A stretch of 25,484 nt of DNA, taken from the NCBI GenBank assembly GCA_017958765.1, contig JAGDBY010000039.1, positions 1 to 25,484 on the forward strand, written 5' to 3'. Origin of the DNA: Bacteroidales bacterium. GTDB taxonomy: Bacteria > Bacteroidota > Bacteroidia > Bacteroidales > UBA932. Positions 8,515 to 18,201 of this stretch are shown here, piece by piece. Positions within the stretch are counted from its first letter, which is position 1. Each line of letters starts with the position of its first letter. A program made the position numbers and the translations under genes. A model generated the notes under the pieces. That model was not told the DNA's origin. It made no database searches and was given only the letters and a program-made list of their open reading frames with translations.

Positions 8515-9435
8515 TTATACCAATCTGCCTTGGTATGTGTTTCTTTCTTCCAGTCTCTTATCCAGAAGACGGAGCAGTTCCACGTTGCGGATCAGTCCCC
8601 AAGGGGTGGAATTGACAAACCGCGGGGGCACTTCTCCGGCAAAACGCTCTATGTAAAGAGTCGGGCGGAGTCTCTCCAGAATATCCACGAATAAGTCTAT
8701 ATACTCATCCAGCGAGAATGTCACAAAACGCTCCGGGTGTTCGCTGAATTCATTCTCCATAGCGGTGCCCTTGATGATCTGAAGCTGATGAAACTTCACG
8801 GAATCTATCGGAAGAGTGTTAATCTTCTCAGCCATAGAGATAAAGTCTTCCCTCGTCTCTCCCGGCAGACCAATTATGAAGTGGGCTCCCTGCATAATGC
8901 CCCGCTCTGCAGTCATTCTGACGGCCTGTTCTGCCTGCTCCCAGGTGTGTCCTCGGTTGATATGCGCCAGGGTTGCGTTATTGCAGGATTCTATACCGTA
9001 CTCCACGATAACTATATGATCCTTGGATAATTGCGCCAGATAGTCCAACTTCTCTCCGTCAATGCAGTCAGGACGGGTCCCGATCACTATTCCGGCAACG
9101 GCTTTATGGCTGAGGGCCTCTTCGTAGAGGGACTTCAGCTTACCGAGAGGAGCGTATGTATTGGAATACGGCTGGAAGTAAGCCAGGTATTCAAGGGTGT
9201 TGCGGTATCTCCCTCTGTGGAATTCTATACCCTCTTCTATCTGAGTGGCAATGCTTTTGCTTGCCACGCTGTAACCGGGGTGGAAAGCGGCATTGTCACA
9301 GAAGGTGCATCCGCCGCGAGAGATGGAGCCGTCGCGGTTCGGACAGGTGAATCCGGCGTCGATCACTATCTTCTGAAGCCGGTGTCCGTACTTATTCTTG
9401 AAGAATTCTACAAAAGAATTATACCTCTTTTCCAT
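8515..9435 (-). CDS. Radical SAM protein, TIGR01212/YhcC family
   Basis: DAGFTCPNRDG...GGCTFC (extended C-x11-C-x2-C cluster motif), AYFQPYSNTY, IGTRPDC, HFIIGLPGE and VKFHQLQIIKGT motifs. Confidence 0.92.
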   Translation of the reverse strand: MEKRYNSFVEFFKNKYGHRLQKIVIDAGFTCPNRDGSISRGGCTFCDNAAFHPGYSVASKSIATQIEEGIEFHRGRYRNTLEYLAYFQPYSNTYAPLGKLKSLYEEALSHKAVAGIVIGTRPDCIDGEKLDYLAQLSKDHIVIVEYGIESCNNATLAHINRGHTWEQAEQAVRMTAERGIMQGAHFIIGLPGETREDFISMAEKINTLPIDSVKFHQLQIIKGTAMENEFSEHPERFVTFSLDEYIDLFVDILERLRPTLYIERFAGEVPPRFVNSTPWGLIRNVELLRLLDKRLEERNTYQGRLV

Positions 9436-9439
9436 GTGG

Positions 9440-9465
9440 CAAAGTTAAATAAAATTATATCTTTG
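9440..9465. promoter_or_regulatory. Compact divergent promoter pair radical SAM / NlpC
   Basis: TAACTTTG on the minus strand at 9440-9447 and TATCTTTG on the plus strand at 9458-9465. Confidence 0.65.
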
Positions 9466-9470
9466 TGAAT

Positions 9471-10409
9471 ATGAAAAGGTTATTGATCATTATCGCGCTG
9501 GTGAGCTCCGCTGTAGCATTCACCGGCTGCAACTCTCCCAAAAAAGCATCTCCTTCTCAGGAGAACAATGTCATCGGATATGCCGTATCAACACTGTCAG
9601 CGGTCAATCATCACGAAGAGCCGGACGTTGACAAAGAGATTGGCTGTCAATCGCTTATGGGGACACTCCTCTCTGTGCTGGAATACAGTAACGGCTGGTA
9701 TAAAGTGGAAACTCCCGAGCACTATGTAGCCTGGGTTTCAGCTGAGGCAATCGCCCTCAAGGAAGGCGACGAACTCGACCGGTGGCTCAATTCTGACAAA
9801 CTGATAGTGACGGCAGTCTCAGATATGCTCTACTCTGAGCCATATCTCGGAGCCGACATTGTGTGCGACATCACTTTGGGAGATGTTCTGATTAAAGGGG
9901 AGCTGAATTCAGGGTTCTACAGCTGCACACTTCCCGACGGAAGGAAAGCTTATGTTCAGAGCGGCAGCGTGATGGATCTGGATGACTACAATGAGTCTGT
10001 CATTCTCTCCGGAGACTCAGTGGTGGCGATGGCTATGCAATTTATGGGATTCCCTTACGTGTGGGGATGGAACTGCGCCAAAGGGATGGACTGCAGCGGC
10101 TTCACACAGTTTATATATCATCTTCACGGGATAGCGCTCCCCCGCAACGCCTCAGCCCAGGCACGCGCCGGAGAAGAGATCTCGATTGAGGATTCTCTGG
10201 ACCTTCTTCTCCCGGGAGACCTTGTATTCTTCTGCAATTCTACACCGGGCAGAGTCAACCATGTAGGCATCTACATAGGCAACGGGGAATTCATCCACAG
10301 CGGCACTTCACAGGTCAAGATTAACTCTCTTGACAGGAATGCGGAGAATCTCTATCCGAAAGCGGATAATCTATTCTGCGCCCGGAGAATCATTACATCC
10401 GAGTGGTAG
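9471..10409 (+). CDS. NlpC/P60 (C40) peptidoglycan peptidase lipoprotein with SH3b-like domains (YkfC-like)
   Basis: Lipobox AFTGC, SH3b-like segments (GWYKVETPEHYVAWV), PYVWG, catalytic DCSGF, HVGIYIG and FIHS. I moved the start from GTG 9465 to ATG 9471 because the GTG overlaps the -7 promoter box. Confidence 0.9.
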   Translation: MKRLLIIIALVSSAVAFTGCNSPKKASPSQENNVIGYAVSTLSAVNHHEEPDVDKEIGCQSLMGTLLSVLEYSNGWYKVETPEHYVAWVSAEAIALKEGDELDRWLNSDKLIVTAVSDMLYSEPYLGADIVCDITLGDVLIKGELNSGFYSCTLPDGRKAYVQSGSVMDLDDYNESVILSGDSVVAMAMQFMGFPYVWGWNCAKGMDCSGFTQFIYHLHGIALPRNASAQARAGEEISIEDSLDLLLPGDLVFFCNSTPGRVNHVGIYIGNGEFIHSGTSQVKINSLDRNAENLYPKADNLFCARRIITSEW

Positions 10410-10449
10410 AGGATTTTTAGTTATGTAGTGCTACCTAAACAGATTTTTG

Positions 10450-10457
10450 TATCTTTG
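10450..10457 (+). promoter_or_regulatory. -7 promoter element for the downstream hypothetical gene
   Basis: TATCTTTG 22 nt upstream of ATG 10480. Confidence 0.6.
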
Positions 10458-10479
10458 CAGCGAATTAATTCAGAACTAT

Positions 10480-10800
10480 ATGAATCTAAGAGTTATTAAG
10501 AAAGATATCGATTTCCTTCTAAATGATTTTGTGTCAGACTGTTTGATTTTCAGCGACTTTCATGAGGGAAAGAAGGATGACAAAGTAAAAGACCTTATCT
10601 CTGAGGGACTTATCTACGCTAACGACCTTTACAACAAAGTCAACCACCCTGTCAAGAAGATAGTTAACGAGAAGGGCGTTGAGAAAGTTGTAAGAATGGA
10701 AGGCAAGGAGCTTAAACAGTTTTATAACTCGATAGGCAAGGACCTGTACGAAGGGTTCGACAATTTATTCATGAAACTGAGTAAGCTTGCTAAGAAATAA
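10480..10800 (+). CDS. Small helical hypothetical protein (106 aa)
   Basis: It has its own promoter box and terminator. The ORF-track start at TTG 10447 overlaps the promoter box, so ATG 10480 (MNLRVIKKDIDF...) is preferred. It resembles small conserved Bacteroidales proteins of unknown function, from recollection only. Confidence 0.75.
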   Translation: MNLRVIKKDIDFLLNDFVSDCLIFSDFHEGKKDDKVKDLISEGLIYANDLYNKVNHPVKKIVNEKGVEKVVRMEGKELKQFYNSIGKDLYEGFDNLFMKLSKLAKK

Positions 10801-10835
10801 AAAAATGGGATGAACTTAATCATCCCATTTTTTTT
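10801..10835. terminator. Bidirectional intrinsic terminator
   Basis: AAAAATGGGATGA-acttaa-TCATCCCATTTTTTTT: a perfect stem with A and T tracts on both sides, between the convergent hypothetical gene and glyA. Confidence 0.9.
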
Positions 10836-10850
10836 GCTCATTTTCTGCTG

Positions 10851-12131
10851 TTACCAGCAATTCAAAGGCAAACCTATCATCTTGTTATTGGCCTGCTCTC
10901 TGACTGCAGCAATTACCGCTTCATTCTCAGGATCCTGAAGCACTTTGTCAATCAGGTCCACAATACCCGGCATATCTTTCTCGACAAGGCCGCGTGAAGT
11001 GATTGCAGGAGTTCCCACACGGATTCCGGAAGTCTGGAACGGAGAACGTGTATCGAAAGGAACCATATTCTTATTGACTGTAATGGCCGCATTCACCAAC
11101 GCTTTTTCAGCAACCTTTCCTGTAAGGTCAGGATACTTGGTACGCAGGTCAATCAGCATCAAGTGATTGTCAGTGCCGTTAGAAACAACTTTGTACCCCT
11201 TATCGATGAAGCACTGAGCCATAGTTGCGGCATTGGCCTTAACCTGTTTCTGATAGGTTGTAAACTCAGGCTGCAGAGCCTCGTAGAATGATACAGCCTT
11301 GGCAGCTATACAGTGCTCCAGAGGGCCGCCCTGTACGCCCGGGAATACGAAAGAATTGATCACCTGTCCCACGCTCTTTGTAACACCCTTAGGAGTCTTG
11401 TAACCCCAAGGATTCTCAAAGTCTTTGCCGACCAGAATAGCGCCTCCGCGAGGTCCGCGAAGGGTTTTGTGTGTAGTGGTGGTAACGATGTGAGCATACT
11501 TGACAGGGTTCTTCAGCAGTCCTGCGGCGATCAAGCCTGCAGGGTGAGCCATATCCACCCAAAGGATCGCTCCCACTTTGTCAGCGATAGCTCTCATTCG
11601 CTCCCAATCCCACTCGCGGGAATAAGCGGATGCACCGCCGATAATCAGCTTAGGCTTACATTCCAAAGCTTTGGCCTCCATAGCATCGTAGTCAACAAGA
11701 CCGGTCTGCTCGTTAAGCTGATAGCCTACGGCATTGAAAAACATACCTGAAATATTCACCGGAGAACCGTGTGTCAGGTGACCGCCGTGAGCCAGGTCGA
11801 GACCCATAAAAGTGTCGCCGGGCTTCAGGCAGGCAAGCATTACAGCCATATTGGCCTGAGCTCCTGAGTGAGGCTGCACGTTGGCGAATTCTGCATCGAA
11901 CAGTTGACACAGACGGTCGATAGCCAGCTGCTCAACCTGGTCGACTACTTCACAGCCGCCGTAATATCTCGCATTGGGATATCCTTCTGCATATTTATTC
12001 GTAAGAACGCTGCCGAGAGCCTCGAGGACCTGATCGCTCACAAAATTCTCTGATGCAATAAGCTCAATACCTTCGACTTGACGCTCTTTTTCTTTACGGA
12101 TAAGATCTAAGATTTGTAAATCCTGTTTCAT
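10851..12131 (-). CDS. glyA: Serine hydroxymethyltransferase
   Basis: [30 protein letters not shown] and the PLP-binding [14 protein letters not shown] motif. Confidence 0.98.
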   Translation of the reverse strand: MKQDLQILDLIRKEKERQVEGIELIASENFVSDQVLEALGSVLTNKYAEGYPNARYYGGCEVVDQVEQLAIDRLCQLFDAEFANVQPHSGAQANMAVMLACLKPGDTFMGLDLAHGGHLTHGSPVNISGMFFNAVGYQLNEQTGLVDYDAMEAKALECKPKLIIGGASAYSREWDWERMRAIADKVGAILWVDMAHPAGLIAAGLLKNPVKYAHIVTTTTHKTLRGPRGGAILVGKDFENPWGYKTPKGVTKSVGQVINSFVFPGVQGGPLEHCIAAKAVSFYEALQPEFTTYQKQVKANAATMAQCFIDKGYKVVSNGTDNHLMLIDLRTKYPDLTGKVAEKALVNAAITVNKNMVPFDTRSPFQTSGIRVGTPAITSRGLVEKDMPGIVDLIDKVLQDPENEAVIAAVREQANNKMIGLPLNCW

Positions 12132-12151
12132 AAAATCAATAGTTTAATGTT

Positions 12152-12177
12152 CAAAGGTAATAAGATTTTTATCTTTG
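12152..12177. promoter_or_regulatory. Divergent promoter pair glyA / RNA methyltransferase
   Basis: TACCTTTG on the minus strand at 12152-12159 and TATCTTTG on the plus strand at 12170-12177. Confidence 0.65.
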
Positions 12178-12195
12178 TGCTATCAAAAAAGGGAA

Positions 12196-12720
12196 ATGTT
12201 TAGAAAACTCCATAACGACGAACTGGGGAGAATCTCAGTGGAAGATTACAAAAAGAGCGAGAAGGCTCCGGTCGCCGTCATTCTCGACAATGTACGCAGC
12301 CAGCACAATATCGGGAGCGCATTCCGCACCTGCGATGCATTCAGGGTTGAGAAGCTCTACCTGTGCGGCATCTGCGCCACTCCTCCCACCCCCGAGATCC
12401 ACAAATCTGCCTTGGGGGCCGAGTTCAGCGTAGAATGGGAGTATTGCTCACAGACATCCGAGATAGTATCCGCCCTCAAAGAGCAGGGATACACCTTGGT
12501 CAGCGTGGAGCAGGCTGAAAACAGCACCTCGCTGGAGGGTTTCCGCCTCGAGGAGGGGAAAAAATACGCTTTGATTTTCGGAAATGAGGTACACGGCGTC
12601 GGCCAGGAGACCGTTGACAGCTCCGATATCTGCCTTGAGATACCTCAATACGGAACAAAGCACTCTCTCAATGTTTCTGTAACCATTGGGATAGTGCTTT
12701 GGAGCCTTCTTATGAAATAG
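12196..12720 (+). CDS. TrmH/SpoU family (SPOUT) RNA methyltransferase
   Basis: VILDNVRSQHNIGSAFRTCDAF, LIFGNEVHGV and IPQYGTKHSLNVSV motifs. I moved the start from GTG 12175, which overlaps the promoter box, to ATG 12196. Confidence 0.92.
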   Translation: MFRKLHNDELGRISVEDYKKSEKAPVAVILDNVRSQHNIGSAFRTCDAFRVEKLYLCGICATPPTPEIHKSALGAEFSVEWEYCSQTSEIVSALKEQGYTLVSVEQAENSTSLEGFRLEEGKKYALIFGNEVHGVGQETVDSSDICLEIPQYGTKHSLNVSVTIGIVLWSLLMK

Positions 12721-12727
12721 CGGAGAA

Positions 12728-13330
12728 TTATACTATTCCGCTGAATCCCATAAATGCCATTGCCATGATTCCGGCTGTTATAAGAGCGATCGGAACCCCG
12801 CGGAACGGCTTCGGAACATCGCTCAGCTCGAGCTGTTCACGTATTCCGGAGAATAATGTAATCGCCAGACCGAATCCTATAGCAGATGCTGTAGCGAATA
12901 CTACGGACTGTCCGAGATTGAAGAAGTGAGCGGCCTCTCCGCCGAAACCGAACTGCTTCTGAACCACCATCAAAGCCACACCGAGGACGGCGCAGTTAGT
13001 GGTAATCAGAGGAAGAAAAATTCCCAGAGCCTGATACAGAGAAGGGCTTATCTTCTTGAGAATGATCTCCACCATCTGCACCAACCCGGCAATAACCAGA
13101 ATGAATGAGACAGTCTGGAGGAATTCTATACCCAGAGGAACCAGGACGTAGTATTGAAGCAGGTAGGTAACGCAGGTAGCGAGGGCCATCACGAAAGTAA
13201 CGGCTGCGGACATACCCACGGCGGTGCCGACCTTTTTGGAAACACCCAGGAACGGGCAGATTCCAAGGAACTGCGACAGTACAATATTGTTGACGAATAT
13301 CGCTGAGATTATAATAAGTACGTATTCCAT
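12728..13330 (-). CDS. rnfA: Rnf electron transport complex subunit A
   Basis: [18 protein letters not shown] and [12 protein letters not shown] motifs; last gene of the rnf cluster. Confidence 0.96.
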   Translation of the reverse strand: MEYVLIIISAIFVNNIVLSQFLGICPFLGVSKKVGTAVGMSAAVTFVMALATCVTYLLQYYVLVPLGIEFLQTVSFILVIAGLVQMVEIILKKISPSLYQALGIFLPLITTNCAVLGVALMVVQKQFGFGGEAAHFFNLGQSVVFATASAIGFGLAITLFSGIREQLELSDVPKPFRGVPIALITAGIMAMAFMGFSGIV

Positions 13331-13339
13331 ATCACCCTC

Positions 13340-13927
13340 CTACTCTTTTTTAGCTACGAATTTGTTGAAAAGAACCATAAGGTATCCCAGAACAATGAAT
13401 GCTCCCGGGGCAAGTACGAAAGCGAGAACGCCGTCGCCTGAGATGAATTTCAGGCCGAAAGCCGAACCGCTGCCCAGAATCTCGCGGACAAGACCGATCA
13501 CGGTAAGTGAAAGTGTGAAGCCCAGACCGATACCCAGTCCGTCGCAGGCAGAATCACCTACGGTATTCTTGTTGGCAAATGCCTCAGCGCGGCCGAGAAC
13601 GATACAGTTTACTACAATCAGAGGGATGAACAGGCCGAGCGTTTCGTAGAGAGACGGCAGATAGGCCTGCATCAACAGCTGCACAATAGTAACGAAAGTG
13701 GAAATTATCACAATGTATGAAGGGATTCTCACTTTGTTCGGGATGAAACGCGCTACGGCGCTGATGACTATGTTAGACATAATCAGAACGAACATCGTAG
13801 CCACACCCATACCGAAACCGTTGATGGCTGAAGTTGTAGTTCCCAAAGTAGGACACATACCCAGGACGAGAGCGAAGGTAGGATTGTCCTTGATTATTCC
13901 GTTGGCAATGATTTTCAGTTTACTCAT
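13340..13927 (-). CDS. rnfE: Rnf electron transport complex subunit E
   Basis: NPTFALVLGMCPTLG, VRIPSYIVII and IPLIVVNCIVLGRAE motifs. Confidence 0.96.
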   Translation of the reverse strand: MSKLKIIANGIIKDNPTFALVLGMCPTLGTTTSAINGFGMGVATMFVLIMSNIVISAVARFIPNKVRIPSYIVIISTFVTIVQLLMQAYLPSLYETLGLFIPLIVVNCIVLGRAEAFANKNTVGDSACDGLGIGLGFTLSLTVIGLVREILGSGSAFGLKFISGDGVLAFVLAPGAFIVLGYLMVLFNKFVAKKE

Positions 13928-14555
13928 CGTTTCCCCCTCCTATATTTGTCTGAGTTGCGGAAGTAACTCCGTCGGCGCTGTCGCCTTTCAACTGCCTGTA
14001 AACATCATAAGCAGAACTAACTGCCGAAGTGAAAGCTTTTGAAGTAATTGTAGAAGCGGTGATGGCATCCACGTCGCCTCCCTCCTGATGAACCTTGAGC
14101 ACTTTTTCGGCAGGATTGAACCCTTTGAACTGCTCTTTGAAGTTACCCGGAGAATTGTCGCTTATCTTGGCTCCGAGGCCCGGAGTCTCGCTGTGAGAGA
14201 TCACATAGACGTTGTAGATATCGCCTGTAGCCGCATCGAAACCGACCATCAGTTTCAATTCTCCGCCGAAACCGGCAGCCTTTGACTCTACTGCGTATCC
14301 GGTAATGCTTTCACCTTTCCTTGCGGTGTAAACAACATATTTCTGACCATTAACCTCAACCAATGAACTCTCTTCTCCCGGCATATTGTCGTATTCCGGA
14401 AGAACCTGAGAGATAGCGTCGTTGGTCTTGGCTATCAGCGCATCGGCGATAGGATCCTCGGTGACGCTGTACACAACGGCCAGCAGAGCTGAACATATCA
14501 GGCATATCAAGCCCAATACGATAACCATATTCTTGAATGTAGATTCCTTTGCCAT
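13920..14555 (-). CDS. rnfG: Rnf electron transport complex subunit G (FMN-binding)
   Basis: N-terminal transmembrane helix, GFGG, HSETPGLG and DAITASTIT motifs; lies between rnfD and rnfE. Confidence 0.94.
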   Translation of the reverse strand: MAKESTFKNMVIVLGLICLICSALLAVVYSVTEDPIADALIAKTNDAISQVLPEYDNMPGEESSLVEVNGQKYVVYTARKGESITGYAVESKAAGFGGELKLMVGFDAATGDIYNVYVISHSETPGLGAKISDNSPGNFKEQFKGFNPAEKVLKVHQEGGDVDAITASTITSKAFTSAVSSAYDVYRQLKGDSADGVTSATQTNIGGGNDE

Positions 14556-14556
14556 A

Positions 14557-15540
14557 CTATTTCCTCCCGAAACCTACCGGTTTTAATCTGTTAAGAAGCG
14601 GTGTAACGCAGTTCATAATCAGGATAGCGAAAGAGACGCCTTCCGGATAAGAACCGAAATAACGGATCAGGACGGCGATCACACCGATACCCACACCGAA
14701 AAATATCTGACCTTTGGCGGTCATAGGACTTGTAACATAGTCGGTAGCCATAAAGATGGAACCAAGCAGCATACCTCCTGTCAGAAGGTTGAATGCGGGA
14801 CCTGAGAACTGCGCCGGATTGGCCAGGCAGAAGATTCCGGTCATAACCGCTACGGTCACCCAGATTGAGAGGGTAATGTGCGGACGGATCACTCTGCGGA
14901 CCAGCAGATAGATGAAACCTATCAGCAGGGCGATTGCCGAAACCTCGCCCACAGAACCGCCTGTCCTTGCGAAAAGCATCTCAAGCGGGGTAAAATTGTG
15001 AGCGGCAATTATCTCGTTGGCAGGAATACCGGCCTTAACTCCTTCGTTGATAATGCTGAGCGGAGTTGCTCCGGAGAATGCATCCACATTGTGGAACAGA
15101 CCTGCGGGAGCACTCCAGGTAGTCATTATCACCGGGAAAGATATCAGCAGGAACACACGCCCTACCAATGCCGGGTTGAAAATGTTCTGACCCAATCCTC
15201 CGAATGACATCTTTGCTATAGCGATAGCTACGAATGCTCCGATAACTGCTATCCACCAAGGAGCTGCAGGAGGAAGGTTCAATGCAAGCAAAACACCTGT
15301 TACGGCAGCGCTCAGCCCGTTGAACTCTGTTTTGCTGCCCATCAAATACTTGTGAATCAAGAATTCAAACAGAATACAAGCCGCGGCGCTCACAGCGAGC
15401 AGCAGCAACACCGGCAATCCGTAGAAATAGATTGAAACAAGTGACGCCGGCGCAAGCGCAATCAGTACGTCAGTCATTATTCTGCTCGTACTTTCCGGGC
15501 CGTGTATATGTGGAGAAGGTGAAACTATTAACTGTGACAT
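14557..15540 (-). CDS. rnfD: Rnf electron transport complex subunit D
   Basis: SPHIH, FGGLGQNIFNPALVGR, the flavinylation motif DAFSGATPL, and FMATDYVTSP. Confidence 0.96.
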   Translation of the reverse strand: MSQLIVSPSPHIHGPESTSRIMTDVLIALAPASLVSIYFYGLPVLLLLAVSAAACILFEFLIHKYLMGSKTEFNGLSAAVTGVLLALNLPPAAPWWIAVIGAFVAIAIAKMSFGGLGQNIFNPALVGRVFLLISFPVIMTTWSAPAGLFHNVDAFSGATPLSIINEGVKAGIPANEIIAAHNFTPLEMLFARTGGSVGEVSAIALLIGFIYLLVRRVIRPHITLSIWVTVAVMTGIFCLANPAQFSGPAFNLLTGGMLLGSIFMATDYVTSPMTAKGQIFFGVGIGVIAVLIRYFGSYPEGVSFAILIMNCVTPLLNRLKPVGFGRK

Positions 15541-15552
15541 ACTCTTTACCTC

Positions 15553-16893
15553 CTATTTAGCTTGACGGGCGCGAATGATTTTCATCACTTCGGCTTTGTT
15601 TATTCGGATAATATCTAACAACGGGATGTTGGCAGGACAGGTGTAGAGGCAGCAACCGCATTCTATACAGTCTGCAATGTGATTCTGCTCCAGATCATCG
15701 TATCTGCCGCCAACACGGGCCAGCTTGTTGAGAAGCCAAGGCTCCAGTCCCATAGGGCACGCTTCCGCGCACTTGCCGCACCTGATACAGTTCGACTCGC
15801 TCTTGCGAAGGGTCTGCTTTTCAGTGAGCATAAGCAGGCAGGAAGAACCTTTCTGGGTTGTGGCGTTCAGATTAACAATGGCCTTGCCCATCATAGGACC
15901 GCCGCTGATGTATTTCATATTGCCCTCGACCGGAGCGCCGCCCACTGCAGCCAGGATATCGTTCAGAGGGGTACCGATACGGACCCTGAAGTTCTTGCGG
16001 TTCTGCAGGCAGTCGCCGGTGACGGTCATAACTCTCTCGAACAGAGGTTTGTTCTTCTGAACAGCCTCATATACTGCGAGGGCCGTAGCCACATTCTGTA
16101 CCACACATCCTGTATCGATAGGAAGGGCTCCGCTCGGAACCTGACGGGATGTGATGGCATCTATCAGCTGTTTCTCACCGCCCTGAGGGTATTTCTTCTT
16201 CATCTTGAGAACTTCAATCCCCACGAAAGAGGCGGCAGCCTTAGTCATAGCGTCGATGGCGGCCGGTTTATTCTCCTCGATGGCGATGAAGCATTTCTCC
16301 ACTGAGAGGGCGCGCATCATTATTCTGGCGCCTATAACTATCTGTTTAGGCAGTTCTCTCATTATACGGTCGTCTGCGGTAACATAAGGTTCGCATTCTG
16401 CACCGTTGAGAATGAGATATTCTGCCTTTTTGTCCTTAGGAGGGGCAAGCTTCACGTGAGTAGGGAAAGTTGCGCCGCCCATTCCCACAACTCCCGCAGC
16501 CTTGATTTGGGCAATCAGCTGCTCCGGAGTGCCGGAAGTTTCAGTGACAATCTTGTCTGTGCGGTCAATTGCAGGATCCCACTCGTCACCTTCCACGTCG
16601 ATTGCAACGTGCATAACCATATTCCCTGCCAGATCAGGCATAGGGACAACGTCAGCCACGGTACCGCTTACGGAAGAGTGGACGTAGCCGGAAATGAAAC
16701 CTGCAGGCTCGCCGATCACCTGGCCTACCAGGACCTTGTCTCCTTTAGCTACGACAGGGGTAGCGGGAGCGCCGAGATGCTGGGCCATGGAGATATACAC
16801 TTTCTCAGAAAGCGGCAGAGTCTCTATGCTGATTTCAGAAGACAGTTTGCTGTCTTTAGGATGCGTTCCTCCGATTTTAAATGTCTTCTTCAT
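15553..16893 (-). CDS. rnfC: Rnf electron transport complex subunit C
   Basis: GVVGMGGATFPTHVK, NGAECEPY, KYPQGGEKQL and two CxxCxxCxxxCP ferredoxin motifs. Confidence 0.97.
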   Translation of the reverse strand: MKKTFKIGGTHPKDSKLSSEISIETLPLSEKVYISMAQHLGAPATPVVAKGDKVLVGQVIGEPAGFISGYVHSSVSGTVADVVPMPDLAGNMVMHVAIDVEGDEWDPAIDRTDKIVTETSGTPEQLIAQIKAAGVVGMGGATFPTHVKLAPPKDKKAEYLILNGAECEPYVTADDRIMRELPKQIVIGARIMMRALSVEKCFIAIEENKPAAIDAMTKAAASFVGIEVLKMKKKYPQGGEKQLIDAITSRQVPSGALPIDTGCVVQNVATALAVYEAVQKNKPLFERVMTVTGDCLQNRKNFRVRIGTPLNDILAAVGGAPVEGNMKYISGGPMMGKAIVNLNATTQKGSSCLLMLTEKQTLRKSESNCIRCGKCAEACPMGLEPWLLNKLARVGGRYDDLEQNHIADCIECGCCLYTCPANIPLLDIIRINKAEVMKIIRARQAK

Positions 16894-16895
16894 AA

Positions 16896-17753
16896 TTATG
16901 CCTCCTTATTCTCTGTCTGCTCGACCGGTTTAGGGGCCGGGAAATTAAACTTATGGATAGCTCCGGTAGGACATTCGCTGACACACTTAGTGCAGAGCTT
17001 GCACAGATTCCAGTCGATGTACGCCAGGTTGTTCTCCACTTTGATTGCGCCGAACTGGCACACTTTCTCGCATTTGCCACAGCCGATGCAGGCAGCGGTG
17101 CAAGCTTTGCGGGCAACCGCACCTTTGTCTTTGTTGACACAGATTACAGTAACCCTGCGGCCTTTCAAGCCCTTCGAGCGAATCTCTATCAGTCCTTTAG
17201 GGCAAGTAGCTGCGCAGCTTCCGCAACCGGTACATTTCTGCTCATCGACAACCGGCAGTCCCGTAGCAGGATCTATTGAGATGGCTCCGAACTTGCAGGC
17301 AGACACACAGTCACCGCATCCGAGACACCCGTATTTGCAGCCGGTATCCCCGGTGTACAGAGCAGCCTTGACTTTGCACGACTGAACTCCGTCGTAAAAA
17401 TTGGTTTTCTGGCGGTTGTCACAAGTACCGTTACAACGTACCACAGCTACTTTAGGGGCCTGTTCAGTAACAGTCTGTCCCAACACCTCGGCCACTTTCT
17501 TCATAACGTCGTTACCGCCTACAGGGCAGAACAGCGACCCTATCTCCGGCGCTTTCACCAGGCGCTGAGCGAAGTCACGACAGCCTGCGCTGCCGCATCC
17601 GCCGCAGTTTGCTCCGGGAAGGACGGCCTCTATCTCGTCAATTCTCCCGTCTTCTTCGACTTTGAACTTCTTGGCGACGAAAAAGAGAACAACCGCTATC
17701 AGAAGACCGATAACCGTCAAAGCAGCTACTGTGACATAAATGGTTGTTATCAT
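16896..17753 (-). CDS. rnfB: Rnf electron transport complex subunit B
   Basis: N-terminal transmembrane helix, LPGANCGGCG..GC, and several CxxCxxCxxxCP motifs. Confidence 0.96.
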   Translation of the reverse strand: MITTIYVTVAALTVIGLLIAVVLFFVAKKFKVEEDGRIDEIEAVLPGANCGGCGSAGCRDFAQRLVKAPEIGSLFCPVGGNDVMKKVAEVLGQTVTEQAPKVAVVRCNGTCDNRQKTNFYDGVQSCKVKAALYTGDTGCKYGCLGCGDCVSACKFGAISIDPATGLPVVDEQKCTGCGSCAATCPKGLIEIRSKGLKGRRVTVICVNKDKGAVARKACTAACIGCGKCEKVCQFGAIKVENNLAYIDWNLCKLCTKCVSECPTGAIHKFNFPAPKPVEQTENKEA

Positions 17754-17754
17754 C

Positions 17755-18198
17755 CTATTTCTGTTTTTGATATTTTTCTATTGAGAATGAGTACACTCTG
17801 TTCAGCTTGCTGCGGAACAGAGCCAGTACGATATAATAGAGCGCCACGATGCCGATTGCTGAAATACCGGTCTGTAATTCAGTAAGACCCGCGACGGGCA
17901 ATAATACGATTGAGAGAATGAGTAAAACCAGCGGGAGGACGTATGCCAGAAATACCGCGCTGATACCCAGATAGGAACCGAGAATGACGTTGACCTTCTC
18001 TCCCACCTGGTAATCCTCTACCAATGAACTGATTGTATATGGGATTTCTATAACTCTGACGCTCTCTTCGGAGGCATTGCACACTCCTCTGGCATGACAG
18101 GAAGCACACGCTGACTTGTTGACAATTTCAACGGAAACCGTATCTTTTCCGATCTCGATGACAGTACCTTCGTGCTCTATCTTGTCAACCTTTTTCAT
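17755..18198 (-). CDS. rseC: RseC/MucC family (SoxR-reducing system) protein
   Basis: HEGTV, SACASCHARGVC and AYVLPLVLL motifs with two C-terminal transmembrane helices; directly upstream of rnfB. Confidence 0.88.
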   Translation of the reverse strand: MKKVDKIEHEGTVIEIGKDTVSVEIVNKSACASCHARGVCNASEESVRVIEIPYTISSLVEDYQVGEKVNVILGSYLGISAVFLAYVLPLVLLILSIVLLPVAGLTELQTGISAIGIVALYYIVLALFRSKLNRVYSFSIEKYQKQK

Positions 18199-18201
18199 CT
18201 T

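Noticed and set aside
6118-8694. Long plus-strand ORFs 6118..7077 (319 aa) and 7705..8694 (329 aa)
   Set aside because: They lie antisense to well-supported genes (the lipoprotein, guaB), have no recognisable motifs, and look like shadow ORFs from codon bias.
8515-9435. Radical SAM plus nearby small ORF as a RiPP cluster
   Set aside because: The enzyme is the stand-alone TIGR01212 type with no SPASM or RRE features, and there is no precursor-like peptide, transporter or protease context.
15679-17385. Plus-strand ORFs 15679..16305 and 16456..17385
   Set aside because: Antisense shadows of rnfC and rnfB with no domain signal.
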